Below, piece after piece: positions 56,406 to 64,000 of a DNA stretch of 64,000 nt. Each line of letters begins with the position of its first letter. The stretch's first letter is position 1. The stretch comes from an uncultured Clostridia bacterium (GTDB lineage: Bacteria; Acidobacteriota; Aminicenantia; UBA2199), in assembly GCA_964465065.1 (NCBI GenBank), contig CAYXHZ010000002.1:41588-105587 (forward strand), given 5' to 3'. Position numbers and translations under genes: made by a program. The notes under the pieces are model-generated. The model had not been told where the DNA came from. It ran no database searches and saw only the letters and a program-made list of their open reading frames with translations.

Positions 56406-56717
56406 TCAACCGTTGATGGCCGACACCAGAGTGTTCTCGTCCTGCACGCCGACGAACTGCCGCACGACCTGGCCGTTCTTGAACAGCAGCAGGGTCGGAA
56501 TACTGGTGATACGGAACTTCTGGGCGGTGAGCTGCTCCTCATCGACGTTCATCTTGCAGATTTTGGCCGTCTCGCCGATGCGGCCGGCCACCTTTTCCAG
56601 AATGGGCCCCTGCATCCGGCAGGGCATGCACCAGGGTGCCCAAAAATCGATCAACACGGTTCCCTGGGCTACGGTCTTCTCGAAACTATCGTCTGTTAAA
56701 TTGATCACTCCGTTCAT
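56406..56717 (-). CDS. Thioredoxin with unusual WCMPC active site
   Basis: 103 aa; reverse-complement reads D F W A P W C M P C R M; thioredoxin fold hallmarks (cis-Pro region ITSIPTLLLFKNG). Confidence 0.8.
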   Translation of the reverse strand: MNGVINLTDDSFEKTVAQGTVLIDFWAPWCMPCRMQGPILEKVAGRIGETAKICKMNVDEEQLTAQKFRITSIPTLLLFKNGQVVRQFVGVQDENTLVSAING

Positions 56718-56898
56718 GTCAGCCTCCTTTATTTGACTTTAGCAATTATTGCTTTAAACAATTATAATCCAACTTTCGGTTTTTGTCAACCAAGCACAGT
56801 CAAGCGCTCATTCGTTCGTTTGCAATTCGGCGCCGATTGCGGTACATTGTCTCCTATGCGCTCACAGCTCAGCAAACCGGATCGCAGGAAGTGAACAG

Positions 56899-57396
56899 AT
56901 GATACCAGCCATTGAAGACAAGAAAAACAAGCTCCAGAAGGAGATCGACGCTTTGCAAGAAGAGTTCCAGGTGGAACTGCCCAAGCGGATCGAAGAGGCC
57001 CGCAGCCTGGGCGATCTCAGGGAAAATTCCGAGTACGACGCCGCCCGCGAGCGTCAGGCCTTCGTCAAGGCGCGCATCAGCCAGCTGAGCGTCCAGCTCA
57101 GCCAGATCAACAAACTGGCCGCCGACAATGTCGACTCTCCAGCCATCGGTTTCGGTTCGCTGGTTCAGGTTCTCGAACTCAACTCCAATACACGCAGCGA
57201 ATTGACCATCGCCCTGCCCAACGAGTCCGATCCGGCGGATGGCGAAGTGTCGATTACCTCTCCGGTGGGGCGGGCATTGCAGAACCGAACCGTCGGAGAA
57301 GAGGTACTGGTCAGAGTTCCATCCGGAGAGAAACGCTTCTACATCGAAAAAATCACCTCCCCGTTCGGAACCGTCTACACCGCACCCAGCCGCTGA
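56899..57396 (+). CDS. greA: Transcription elongation factor GreA
   Basis: 165 aa; N-terminal coiled coil with LGDLRENSEYDAARERQ and C-terminal FKBP-like domain. Confidence 0.85.
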   Translation: MIPAIEDKKNKLQKEIDALQEEFQVELPKRIEEARSLGDLRENSEYDAARERQAFVKARISQLSVQLSQINKLAADNVDSPAIGFGSLVQVLELNSNTRSELTIALPNESDPADGEVSITSPVGRALQNRTVGEEVLVRVPSGEKRFYIEKITSPFGTVYTAPSR

Positions 57397-57404
57397 TTTG
57401 CCGC

Positions 57405-58187
57405 CTATCGGCCCGAGTCCTTCCGGTAACGGTCCATAAATGCCCGGGTGATACCGCCCAACCGTTCATCGAGTATGGTCCATACCTGTCGGGCGATGTC
57501 CTCCGGCACACCGCCGTAAAAGGCTTCGGCCACGGCGCCGGTTATGCAGGCCAGGGTGTCGGAGTCTCCGCCCAGGGAGATGGCGTTGCGGATTGCATCC
57601 TCGAAACCGCAAGCCTCCAAAAAGGCGCGGATCGCCTGGGGCACGGTACCCTGACAGCTTACGTCGAAACGGTAATCCGGTCGGATCTCGTCCAGGGTTT
57701 GCCCCAGGTCGTAGCCGAAACTCGTTTCCAGGTATGCTTTGATATCGCCTTTGGACGCACCGTTCCGGGCCAGATATACAACCGCCGCCAGGGCCTGGCC
57801 GCCCTTGATGCCCTCGGGATGATCGTGGGTCGGCGCCGTAAAGGCCGCCGCCCGCTCCAGTACCCGGTCCAGATCGTCATAGGCCCATCCGACTGGACTG
57901 ATGCGCATAGCCGCTCCGTTTCCGAAACTGTGGTAAGGCCCGCGCCCCGGATTGCCGGCCCAGTAGCAAAAATTGCCGCCGTAGCCCCGGTTCGGGTACA
58001 GACGGTAAAAAGCGCGCATATTGTCGGCATAAGGCACATCGCGCAGAATGGAATCGGCCAGAGCCACGGTCAGGACGCTGTCGTCGGTAAACGTGCACCG
58101 CGGTGAAAACAGTTCGAAATCCTTGGTCTTGATATTGTCCCATTCGTACACCGAGCCGATGATGTCGCCGCAGATTGCCCCCAGCAT
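57405..58187 (-). CDS. ADP-ribosylglycohydrolase family protein (DraG/ARH3-like)
   Basis: MLGAICGDIIGSVYEW...DDSVLT N-terminus and GGDSDTLACITGAVAEA C-terminal metal-site motif. Confidence 0.8.
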   Translation of the reverse strand: MLGAICGDIIGSVYEWDNIKTKDFELFSPRCTFTDDSVLTVALADSILRDVPYADNMRAFYRLYPNRGYGGNFCYWAGNPGRGPYHSFGNGAAMRISPVGWAYDDLDRVLERAAAFTAPTHDHPEGIKGGQALAAVVYLARNGASKGDIKAYLETSFGYDLGQTLDEIRPDYRFDVSCQGTVPQAIRAFLEACGFEDAIRNAISLGGDSDTLACITGAVAEAFYGGVPEDIARQVWTILDERLGGITRAFMDRYRKDSGR

Positions 58188-58198
58188 GGTTCAGCTCC

Positions 58199-59110
58199 TC
58201 AGGTTCTTCTGTCGTCCCAAGCGGCGGGGTCTTCCTTGGCCTCCAGATGAGTATATACGGTGGCGTTGGCCAGGACGGTACCGATATCGGCTTCGATGTG
58301 TTCCAGCAGTTCATGCCCCCTTCTGACCGTCCAGGCCCCCGGTACCAGCACATGGAGCGAAATGAACCGCTCCGAGCCGGACTGCCGGGTGCACAGAGCG
58401 TGGTACTGCACACCGTCTGCCTGATGCCGGTCCAGCACACTCTGGATCAGCTGCACTTCCTGGGCCGGCAGGGCCACATCCATCAAGCCGCTGACGGAGG
58501 CTTTGACGATGCCCAGTCCGGTCCAGACGATGTTGGCGGCGACCAGGACAGCTACGAGCGGGTCGAACCACTGCCAGCCGGTCAGGACAACCAGCCCGAC
58601 ACCGGCCAGTACGCCGGCCGAGGTCCAGACATCGGTCAGCAGATGGCTGGCGTTGGCTTTCAGGGTGATCGAATCGTGTCGTTTCCCGGCGCGCAGGATG
58701 ATCAGGGCACAAAAAAGGTTGATCAGAGACGCGGCCGTCGAGACCAGCAGGCCCAGGCCGGGTTGTTCTAGTGCCTTCGGATGGATCAGGCGTTGCCCGG
58801 CCGCAAAGGCGATGGCAATGGCCGCCACGAGGATAAGCATGCCCTCGGTCCAACTCGAAAAATACTCCGCCTTGCTGTGACCGAAGGCATGGTCTTCGTC
58901 GGCCGGGCGGGCGGCGATCTCGAGCATGATCAGGGCCATGACGCCGCCGACCAGGTTGACGATGGATTCCAGCGCGTCGGAAAGCAGACCGACCGAGCCG
59001 GTAAACAGCCAGGCCAGCAGCTTGAGACTGATCGTCGCCACAGCTGCGGCGATAGAAAGCCAGGCGTACTTTTTCAGAAAAGACCTGTTCTCCGGTTTCG
59101 TCGTGCTCAT
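58199..59110 (-). CDS. Cation diffusion facilitator (CDF) family transporter
   Basis: 303 aa; 6 TM segments; LLSDALES / HxxxD-like metal sites; C-terminal cytoplasmic domain. Confidence 0.8.
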   Translation of the reverse strand: MSTTKPENRSFLKKYAWLSIAAAVATISLKLLAWLFTGSVGLLSDALESIVNLVGGVMALIMLEIAARPADEDHAFGHSKAEYFSSWTEGMLILVAAIAIAFAAGQRLIHPKALEQPGLGLLVSTAASLINLFCALIILRAGKRHDSITLKANASHLLTDVWTSAGVLAGVGLVVLTGWQWFDPLVAVLVAANIVWTGLGIVKASVSGLMDVALPAQEVQLIQSVLDRHQADGVQYHALCTRQSGSERFISLHVLVPGAWTVRRGHELLEHIEADIGTVLANATVYTHLEAKEDPAAWDDRRT

Positions 59111-59266
59111 ATCGACATCATATCACAAGATCCGCCCGACGGGGCCCCTTTCATCGCCATGTTGATCCGATGATGTCCCGCCGCCGATTGCCCGCTTCCA
59201 TACCGATAGGATGGTGTTGCGGAGAGACACTATCAAGCCCGAAGCAGCCGGGAGGAAAACGGTCAT

Positions 59267-59533
59267 TTGCTGGAAAATGACCGTCCCTGCCCCCTCTGCG
59301 GCCGTGATGAAGGGTATTTCCAGTACGATGAGGATTTCGGCTGCTATCTCTGCGCAAACGACTACTACAACATGTACTGGAACCCCGAGGTCATCCTGGA
59401 AAGCGACCACTTCGAAGCGGATCATTTTCTGCCCGGAATCGACCGCCGGCTCCTGTACCGATTCATCACCATGCTGGATGAACAGACCAGAGCCGCAAAA
59501 TTCGCCCACCTGGAAATCATTGTAGTGGAGTGA
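59267..59533 (+). CDS. Small Cys-containing hypothetical protein (CxxC...CxxC)
   Basis: 88 aa; CPLCG...CYLC; last gene of high-GC composition before the low-GC island. Confidence 0.4.
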   Translation: MLENDRPCPLCGRDEGYFQYDEDFGCYLCANDYYNMYWNPEVILESDHFEADHFLPGIDRRLLYRFITMLDEQTRAAKFAHLEIIVVE

Positions 59534-59762
59534 GATGGGAGGACGGGATTCGGGATTAGGGATTTGTATAATTCCTATAAATATTTTTTTTATATATTTC
59601 GTTGTTATTTACTACTATTCACCAACCCCAAGTCACGAATCCCGAGTTTCCAGAAGGCCCAGGCAAGCCGGCGCAGCCGAAGCTATCACCATCGACCTGA
59701 TGAGAAGAGCCGGCCTGTTCCAGGCGGCGACTGTTTTTTGTTTTGCGCCGTCCCCCACGCTT

Positions 59763-60116
59763 TTAACCTTTACACGCGATTGCGTCGATTTGAAATAAGA
59801 TTCCATCCCTCAGAAATTTTGTTTCAAAGGCTTTTCTTGCCGGATATTTTCCATGGAATCTTTTTTTAATTATTTTTTCCAGAAATTGTATATCCATGAT
59901 GTCTTTGAATAAACAATCCATTTTAACGACGGACTCCAAATTCAGGCCAACAGATTCCAATCGTTTTTCCAAAACATCAAAGGCGCCATCTATCTGTTTT
60001 TCGACAGCTTGTCCTTCATTTTTCATGCAGTAGCTGATGAAAACAAAATCACCGGCCTGTACCACTCCGGAATGCGCCCATTCATCATTGATTTCGCTTC
60101 TCTTAATATCCGACAT
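59763..60116 (-). CDS. RidA/YjgF/L-PSP-family protein
   Basis: 117 aa; typical size and ...KMDCLFKDI...AFETKFLRDGILFQIDAIA C-terminus of the RidA fold. Confidence 0.6.
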   Translation of the reverse strand: MSDIKRSEINDEWAHSGVVQAGDFVFISYCMKNEGQAVEKQIDGAFDVLEKRLESVGLNLESVVKMDCLFKDIMDIQFLEKIIKKRFHGKYPARKAFETKFLRDGILFQIDAIACKG

Positions 60117-60169
60117 GTCTTATTTCTCCATTATACATTCTCAGATTTTATTTTAATCATGAGTATATA

Positions 60170-60757
60170 TTACTTGTTAAATCGCTTAATTGGAAATATC
60201 ATAGGGACTTTCTTTTTGTAGTCCATGTATTCATCAGCAAAATCTTTCAACAATCTCTTTTCTTCCGAAAATCTCAGATACTGAATCGAAAAGAAAAGAG
60301 AAATCAATAAACATAACAAGCCGATGATTGAATTCAAAAATATCGCAATGGAAACATACAGTGAAAATGCTCCGAATACCATTGGATTTCTGGAGTATCG
60401 ATATGGCCCGATCGTCACCAGTTTTTTGGTCTGGGGACTAATCGACACGCCCAATCCGTCCGCAGGGCCGCCTTTACCAATCTTGAACAGGAACACATTT
60501 GACCATATCAGGAAAAATGCGCCAGTACTGAAAAACAATAATGAGATTATGTATCGAAGTGTCATAGCAATAGTCAATTCGCTATCGGATAATATGTTGT
60601 CCAGCTTGGATAATTCATACAATCCAAACGGTATCAATATTATAAAGATGGTGATTCCAAAAATGTATCCCAAAACATATCTTCCGGTTTCTTTCATGTT
60701 GCTTCCATATCTTATCGAGCACAGTATTAAGTTGGTCTTGCTTGTCAAGACCATCAT
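60170..60757 (-). CDS. Isoprenylcysteine carboxyl methyltransferase (ICMT)/phospholipid methyltransferase-family membrane protein
   Basis: LVTIGPYRYSRNPMVFG and EEKRLLKDFADEYMDYKKKVP are signature regions of the ICMT/PEMT family; multi-TM. Confidence 0.7.
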   Translation of the reverse strand: MMVLTSKTNLILCSIRYGSNMKETGRYVLGYIFGITIFIILIPFGLYELSKLDNILSDSELTIAMTLRYIISLLFFSTGAFFLIWSNVFLFKIGKGGPADGLGVSISPQTKKLVTIGPYRYSRNPMVFGAFSLYVSIAIFLNSIIGLLCLLISLFFSIQYLRFSEEKRLLKDFADEYMDYKKKVPMIFPIKRFNK

Positions 60758-60792
60758 GGTGTATGGAACCCCGGGGCTTCTACAACCGCAGC

Positions 60793-61755
60793 TTAGTCCT
60801 GCAATATTCCAATCAACTCATCGAATCTTCGTATGGCATCCGCCTCATGCCCATCGATATCTCGTTCATTTATTTCACTTCGTTTTTTCATGGCTACGGT
60901 CAGGGCGGTGTCATTGTGGCTGTTTTTGATGCTTTTATCGACGCCTTTGCCCAGTAAATACAATATTTTATCTTTCCCGTAGCTATCCTGCGCAAAGAGA
61001 TGTAACGGGGTTTGCTTGAGAACATCCCTTTTATGGATATCAAGCCCTTTTAGAATCAACAAATCGGACACCTTAACCGATTTACATACAAACAGCAACG
61101 ATTGGCCGTCTTTATTTACCGTATTGACATCGGCGCCTTTGTCGATTAAACCCTCGATAAACTCCACGTCTGTGTCGTTTAAATCGACACAGTTTATGAT
61201 ATTGTAGAAAGGAGTGCGCCCATCATCGTTGGCTACATTAATGTCGGCTCCTTTTTCCACCATTTTGACAATAATGGATTTATTTTTATTTATTTTCCAA
61301 TGAGAGCTTGCACGGTGTAAAGCCGTATTGCCGGAAAACCCCTTTTTCCTGAGGTCAATGCCCTTGTCCAAAACACAGCTTAGAAGATCTTTATATTTTT
61401 CATCCATTCCATCAAGCAGCTCGTTCACGAATTCATTGTTGCCGATCGAATCGCAATAATTCAAATCGGCGCCATTATCTATTAACAGCCTGATCATTTT
61501 ATCGTCTTTATAAACTTTATAGTAAAGCAGGGCATACTGCAATACCGTGGTTTCACCCGTTATATCCTCCTGGATATGATTTATATTGATTCCTTTCTCA
61601 ACAAGAAATTTCACGAGATCATAGTTGTTTTTCGCGATGGCAATGAACAGGACGGTCTGATTCTCATCGTTCGTTTCATTGATATCAGAGCCATTTTCCA
61701 GACATTTCTCGACCTCAAGCATGTCGGAATTTTCACAAGCCTGAAATAAGTCCAT
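60793..61755 (-). CDS. Ankyrin-repeat protein (~7 repeats)
   Basis: Recurrent G-(A/I)D(I/V)N...TPL..A... repeat units of about 33 aa; AT-rich codon usage. Confidence 0.8.
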   Translation of the reverse strand: MDLFQACENSDMLEVEKCLENGSDINETNDENQTVLFIAIAKNNYDLVKFLVEKGININHIQEDITGETTVLQYALLYYKVYKDDKMIRLLIDNGADLNYCDSIGNNEFVNELLDGMDEKYKDLLSCVLDKGIDLRKKGFSGNTALHRASSHWKINKNKSIIVKMVEKGADINVANDDGRTPFYNIINCVDLNDTDVEFIEGLIDKGADVNTVNKDGQSLLFVCKSVKVSDLLILKGLDIHKRDVLKQTPLHLFAQDSYGKDKILYLLGKGVDKSIKNSHNDTALTVAMKKRSEINERDIDGHEADAIRRFDELIGILQD

Positions 61756-62052
61756 AATTAATCCTCCTCATAGTATTTACTCATATGTAAATGAAAAGTC
61801 TGACCTTTGCTTCGCTGCAAAGTGAAGCATAATACTGCTTTGCCCGGAATCTGACATTATGAAATAATCCAACACTTCGTATATCATGTCAACACTTTAC
61901 AACATATTGGATACAGTTTCATGATATTCGGCTATTGATTCTCTTGCTGTTAATATTGAATATTTTCGTCTTTAATCCGATAAACAGCAAGCACTAAACT
62001 ATACATTCGTAATATTCCTTGCCGAGTCAGCTTGAAGCAGTTGGCGGGTTTT

Positions 62053-62295
62053 TCATTTTTTACTAACCAGTTCAGTTACTGAAACATATGGATTGATATA
62101 ATGATGCACTTCAGAACTGATTCTTTTATACATTATTGCATGGGCAGGACAATAATGATAACATCGCAGGCACATTTCACAGCCGTGATTCCATTTGGGG
62201 ATATTATTGATAGTAATGTTATGTACCGGGCATATAGATTCACATCGGGCACACTTAGTACATAAGGCTGGATCTGCAGTAAAGTTATGATCCAT
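62053..62295 (-). CDS. Small 2x[4Fe-4S]-type ferredoxin
   Basis: CTKCARCESICP and CEMCLRCYHYCP motifs; start taken at MDHNF (62295); longer in-frame ORF extends to 62370/62499. Confidence 0.55.
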   Translation of the reverse strand: MDHNFTADPALCTKCARCESICPVHNITINNIPKWNHGCEMCLRCYHYCPAHAIMYKRISSEVHHYINPYVSVTELVSKK

Positions 62296-62368
62296 CTCAT
62301 GTAAAGGGCGTCTCCGCGCTTCTTTTACCCCCTTCCGAACGGAACACGACTTTGATATACTTCCCGGC

Positions 62369-63220
62369 ATGACAGGAAAAATTCCGAATTTATCACCATT
62401 TTTATGCGCGATGTTGTTCCTGTTCATCGCCAGCGGTGCCGCACAGACACCAGCGGACGACCTGCCGGCCGAAGTGGCCTGGCTGGCCCCCTTTTCCAAT
62501 CAGATCGTAAAAAATCCCCAGGGTTTCTGGCAATTCACTTTCCCGGAACAGATCGAAATGGTTTATATCCCATCCGGCGAATTCACGATGGGTTCCCGTT
62601 CCAACGAATTTGAAGTGGAAGCGAACGAAATGCCCCGGCACCGGGTCTGGATCAAAAGCCTCCTCATGGCCCGTTTTGAAGTCACCCGTTCCCTCTGGAA
62701 CCGGATCATGGGTGAAACGGCCTCCGGTTCGGGCAACGACCAGACCCCCGTGGCCTCGGTCAGCTACCATGAGGTCCAAACCTTTTTGTCCCGGCTTAGA
62801 TCGCGCACGGGACTCCTTTTCCGACTGCCGTCTGAAGCGGAATGGGAAAAATGTGCCCGCGCCGGTTCATCATCCGAGCATTACGGCTCTTTGGACCGGA
62901 TCGCATGGTCCTCGGACAATTCCAGGGCAAAACTGCATCCTGTTGGTTTAAAACAGCCCAACACTTACGGCTTATACGACATGCTGGGGAATGTCTGGGA
63001 ATGGTGCAGCGACTGGTTTTCGGCTGATTACTATACCCAATCCCCTTATCGGGATCCCCAGGGACCAGAACAGGGTGACCGAAAAATCACCCGGGGAGGC
63101 GGATTCCAGCATCACGGCCGCTACCTTCGCCTGTCCCACCGCAACGACATGGCCCCGGAAGAAACCCGGCCCCACCTGGGATTTCGCCTGGTTCTCGACG
63201 CCGATCTGAGGCCTCTCTGA
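62369..63220 (+). CDS. Formylglycine-generating-enzyme (FGE)-sulfatase domain family protein (SUMF1/EgtB/PvdO fold), secreted
   Basis: Signal peptide; RGGSW-type motifs: MGNVWEWCSDWF, ITRGGGF, HRNDMAPEETRPHLGFRLV. Confidence 0.8.
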   Translation: MTGKIPNLSPFLCAMLFLFIASGAAQTPADDLPAEVAWLAPFSNQIVKNPQGFWQFTFPEQIEMVYIPSGEFTMGSRSNEFEVEANEMPRHRVWIKSLLMARFEVTRSLWNRIMGETASGSGNDQTPVASVSYHEVQTFLSRLRSRTGLLFRLPSEAEWEKCARAGSSSEHYGSLDRIAWSSDNSRAKLHPVGLKQPNTYGLYDMLGNVWEWCSDWFSADYYTQSPYRDPQGPEQGDRKITRGGGFQHHGRYLRLSHRNDMAPEETRPHLGFRLVLDADLRPL

Positions 63221-63459
63221 ACCGGATGAGCGATGCGCTCCATTCACTCCTGCAGGAGAAGTGCGGCAGCATCGAGCCCGGCAGCAGAATGACGACCGCG
63301 TTCTTCGGGTTGTCGGTCTGCTGCGGATAGAGCGGATGTTGGATTGTTGCCAAAAGTTGCACCGTAAACAGACGCGTTCCGATCAGGACTCATTCTCAAG
63401 GCATACTTTGGGAATCACCAACTTTCGCCTGACCCTTCATATCATGCCCCGCACCGCTA

Positions 63460-63639
63460 TCAGCATCTCGAAGTTCTGCGATCCCCGGTCGATGAAACAC
63501 GTTTTCTCAGCTGATATCGTACTGCGCCGTCAGCGATCTTCATACTGCGGGCAATCTCGCGTTTGGAGTATTTTACTTCGTGCATCTTCATGATAAAATC
63601 AACCTCGGACGTCGACAGACGTGGACTAGTACGAGGCAT
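63460..63639 (-). pseudogene. Short HTH ORF (59 aa), possible N-terminal fragment of a transposase or regulator
   Basis: Reverse-complement reads GGAGGAATAATGG-ATG CCT CGT... (MPRTSPRLSTSEVDFIMKMHEVKYSKREIARSMKIADGAVRYQLRKR...); the downstream frames do not continue into a recognisable catalytic domain. Confidence 0.3.
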
Positions 63640-63771
63640 CCATTATTCCTCCTTTTTTTGCAAGATTATAAGTGGAAGGATGCCCTTTTTTTCGTCGAAT
63701 CGCAAACCAAAAAACAGACGAACAACGAAAATTCTATGCGTGAAAATACACGCCGATCCGTGCGTAGATTA

Positions 63772-64000
63772 TCACGCCGATTCACAGGCCCGTTTCAATG
63801 CGGTTCCTTTTGAAATAAAGGCACAACACCAGTTCCAAAAATCCTTGTTGATGAAATGGGCAGCGATTCGGGTCTTGATTTCATCCCCTTGGCCTACATA
63901 AACCGTGGGCAACTCAATCGCCCTTACTTTCGTCAGATCCCACCAAGATGTAGACACCGGCACCAGTAAACTCTTTCCGTTTCGAAACGCTCGGCCAATC
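63772..64000 (-). pseudogene. GIY-YIG nuclease-like gene fragment, frameshifted and truncated by the window end
   Basis: Reverse-complement frame A reads ...EFTGAGVYILVGSDESKGD-stop; frame B (ORF 63772..63963) continues ...LPTVYVGQGDEIKTRIAAHF. Together they form GIY...YVG...R..H split over two frames. Confidence 0.3.

Larger units (their letters stand above)
59535..62300. other. Low-GC (~35%) compositional island within ~60% GC flanks; likely horizontally acquired
   Basis: Abrupt compositional shift visible by eye at about 59535 and recovery at about 62300; GGGATT(C/A) triple repeat at 59548-59570 at the left edge. Confidence 0.7.

Noticed and set aside
60793-61755. CaaX prenylation box on the ankyrin or RidA proteins (to explain the neighbouring ICMT-like gene)
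   Set aside because: The ankyrin protein ends ...GILQD and the RidA protein ends ...IACKG; neither has Cys at the -4 position.
1-64000. CRISPR arrays, rRNA and tRNA genes
   Set aside because: No regularly spaced direct repeats and no tRNA-like T-arm (GGTTCGAATCC-type) found by eye, including at the low-GC island boundaries. A proper scan (tRNAscan/CRISPR finders) was not possible here.

Overview
Raw-sequence reading of a 64-kb chromosomal segment from a high-GC (about 60%) bacterium with tightly packed, frequently translationally coupled genes; promoter content: sigma70 -35/-10 elements upstream of the 2-oxoacid oxidoreductase operon and of a candidate small RNA, plus one sigma54 -24/-12 element. 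About 70 coding regions can be supported; no rRNA, tRNA or CRISPR array was recognised.

Housekeeping genes found:
- peptide deformylase and queA;
- an RluA-family pseudouridine synthase;
- an archaeal/eukaryal-type phenylalanyl-tRNA synthetase pair (pheS/pheT);
- greA, cysC (adenylyl-sulfate kinase), a thioredoxin, and a four-gene 2-oxoacid:ferredoxin oxidoreductase operon.

These are interleaved with:
- c-di-GMP signalling genes (one GGDEF sensor, one degenerate GGGEF sensor, a PilZ protein, a PATAN/DUF4388-TPR protein);
- transporters (EamA, a split permease, Na+/solute symporter, APC, DedA, a Ni/Co ECF system, CaCA, CDF);
- envelope and glycan genes (two GT4 glycosyltransferases, a CelD-like acyltransferase, a PIG-L deacetylase, an outer-membrane beta-barrel, secreted beta-propeller and beta-helix proteins);
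- one sigma54-dependent activator divergent from a sigma54 promoter.

The clearest accessory signal is a low-GC (about 35%) island of roughly 2.8 kb at 59.5-62.3 kb. It carries a RidA / ICMT-family methyltransferase / ankyrin-repeat operon and a small ferredoxin. A formylglycine-generating-enzyme-like gene and degraded mobile-element fragments (an HTH ORF and a frameshifted GIY-YIG nuclease) follow it. All functional calls are by motif and pattern recognition only, with no database searches run. Start codons were chosen from ORF-table arithmetic plus visible ATG/GTG/TTG and Shine-Dalgarno context.
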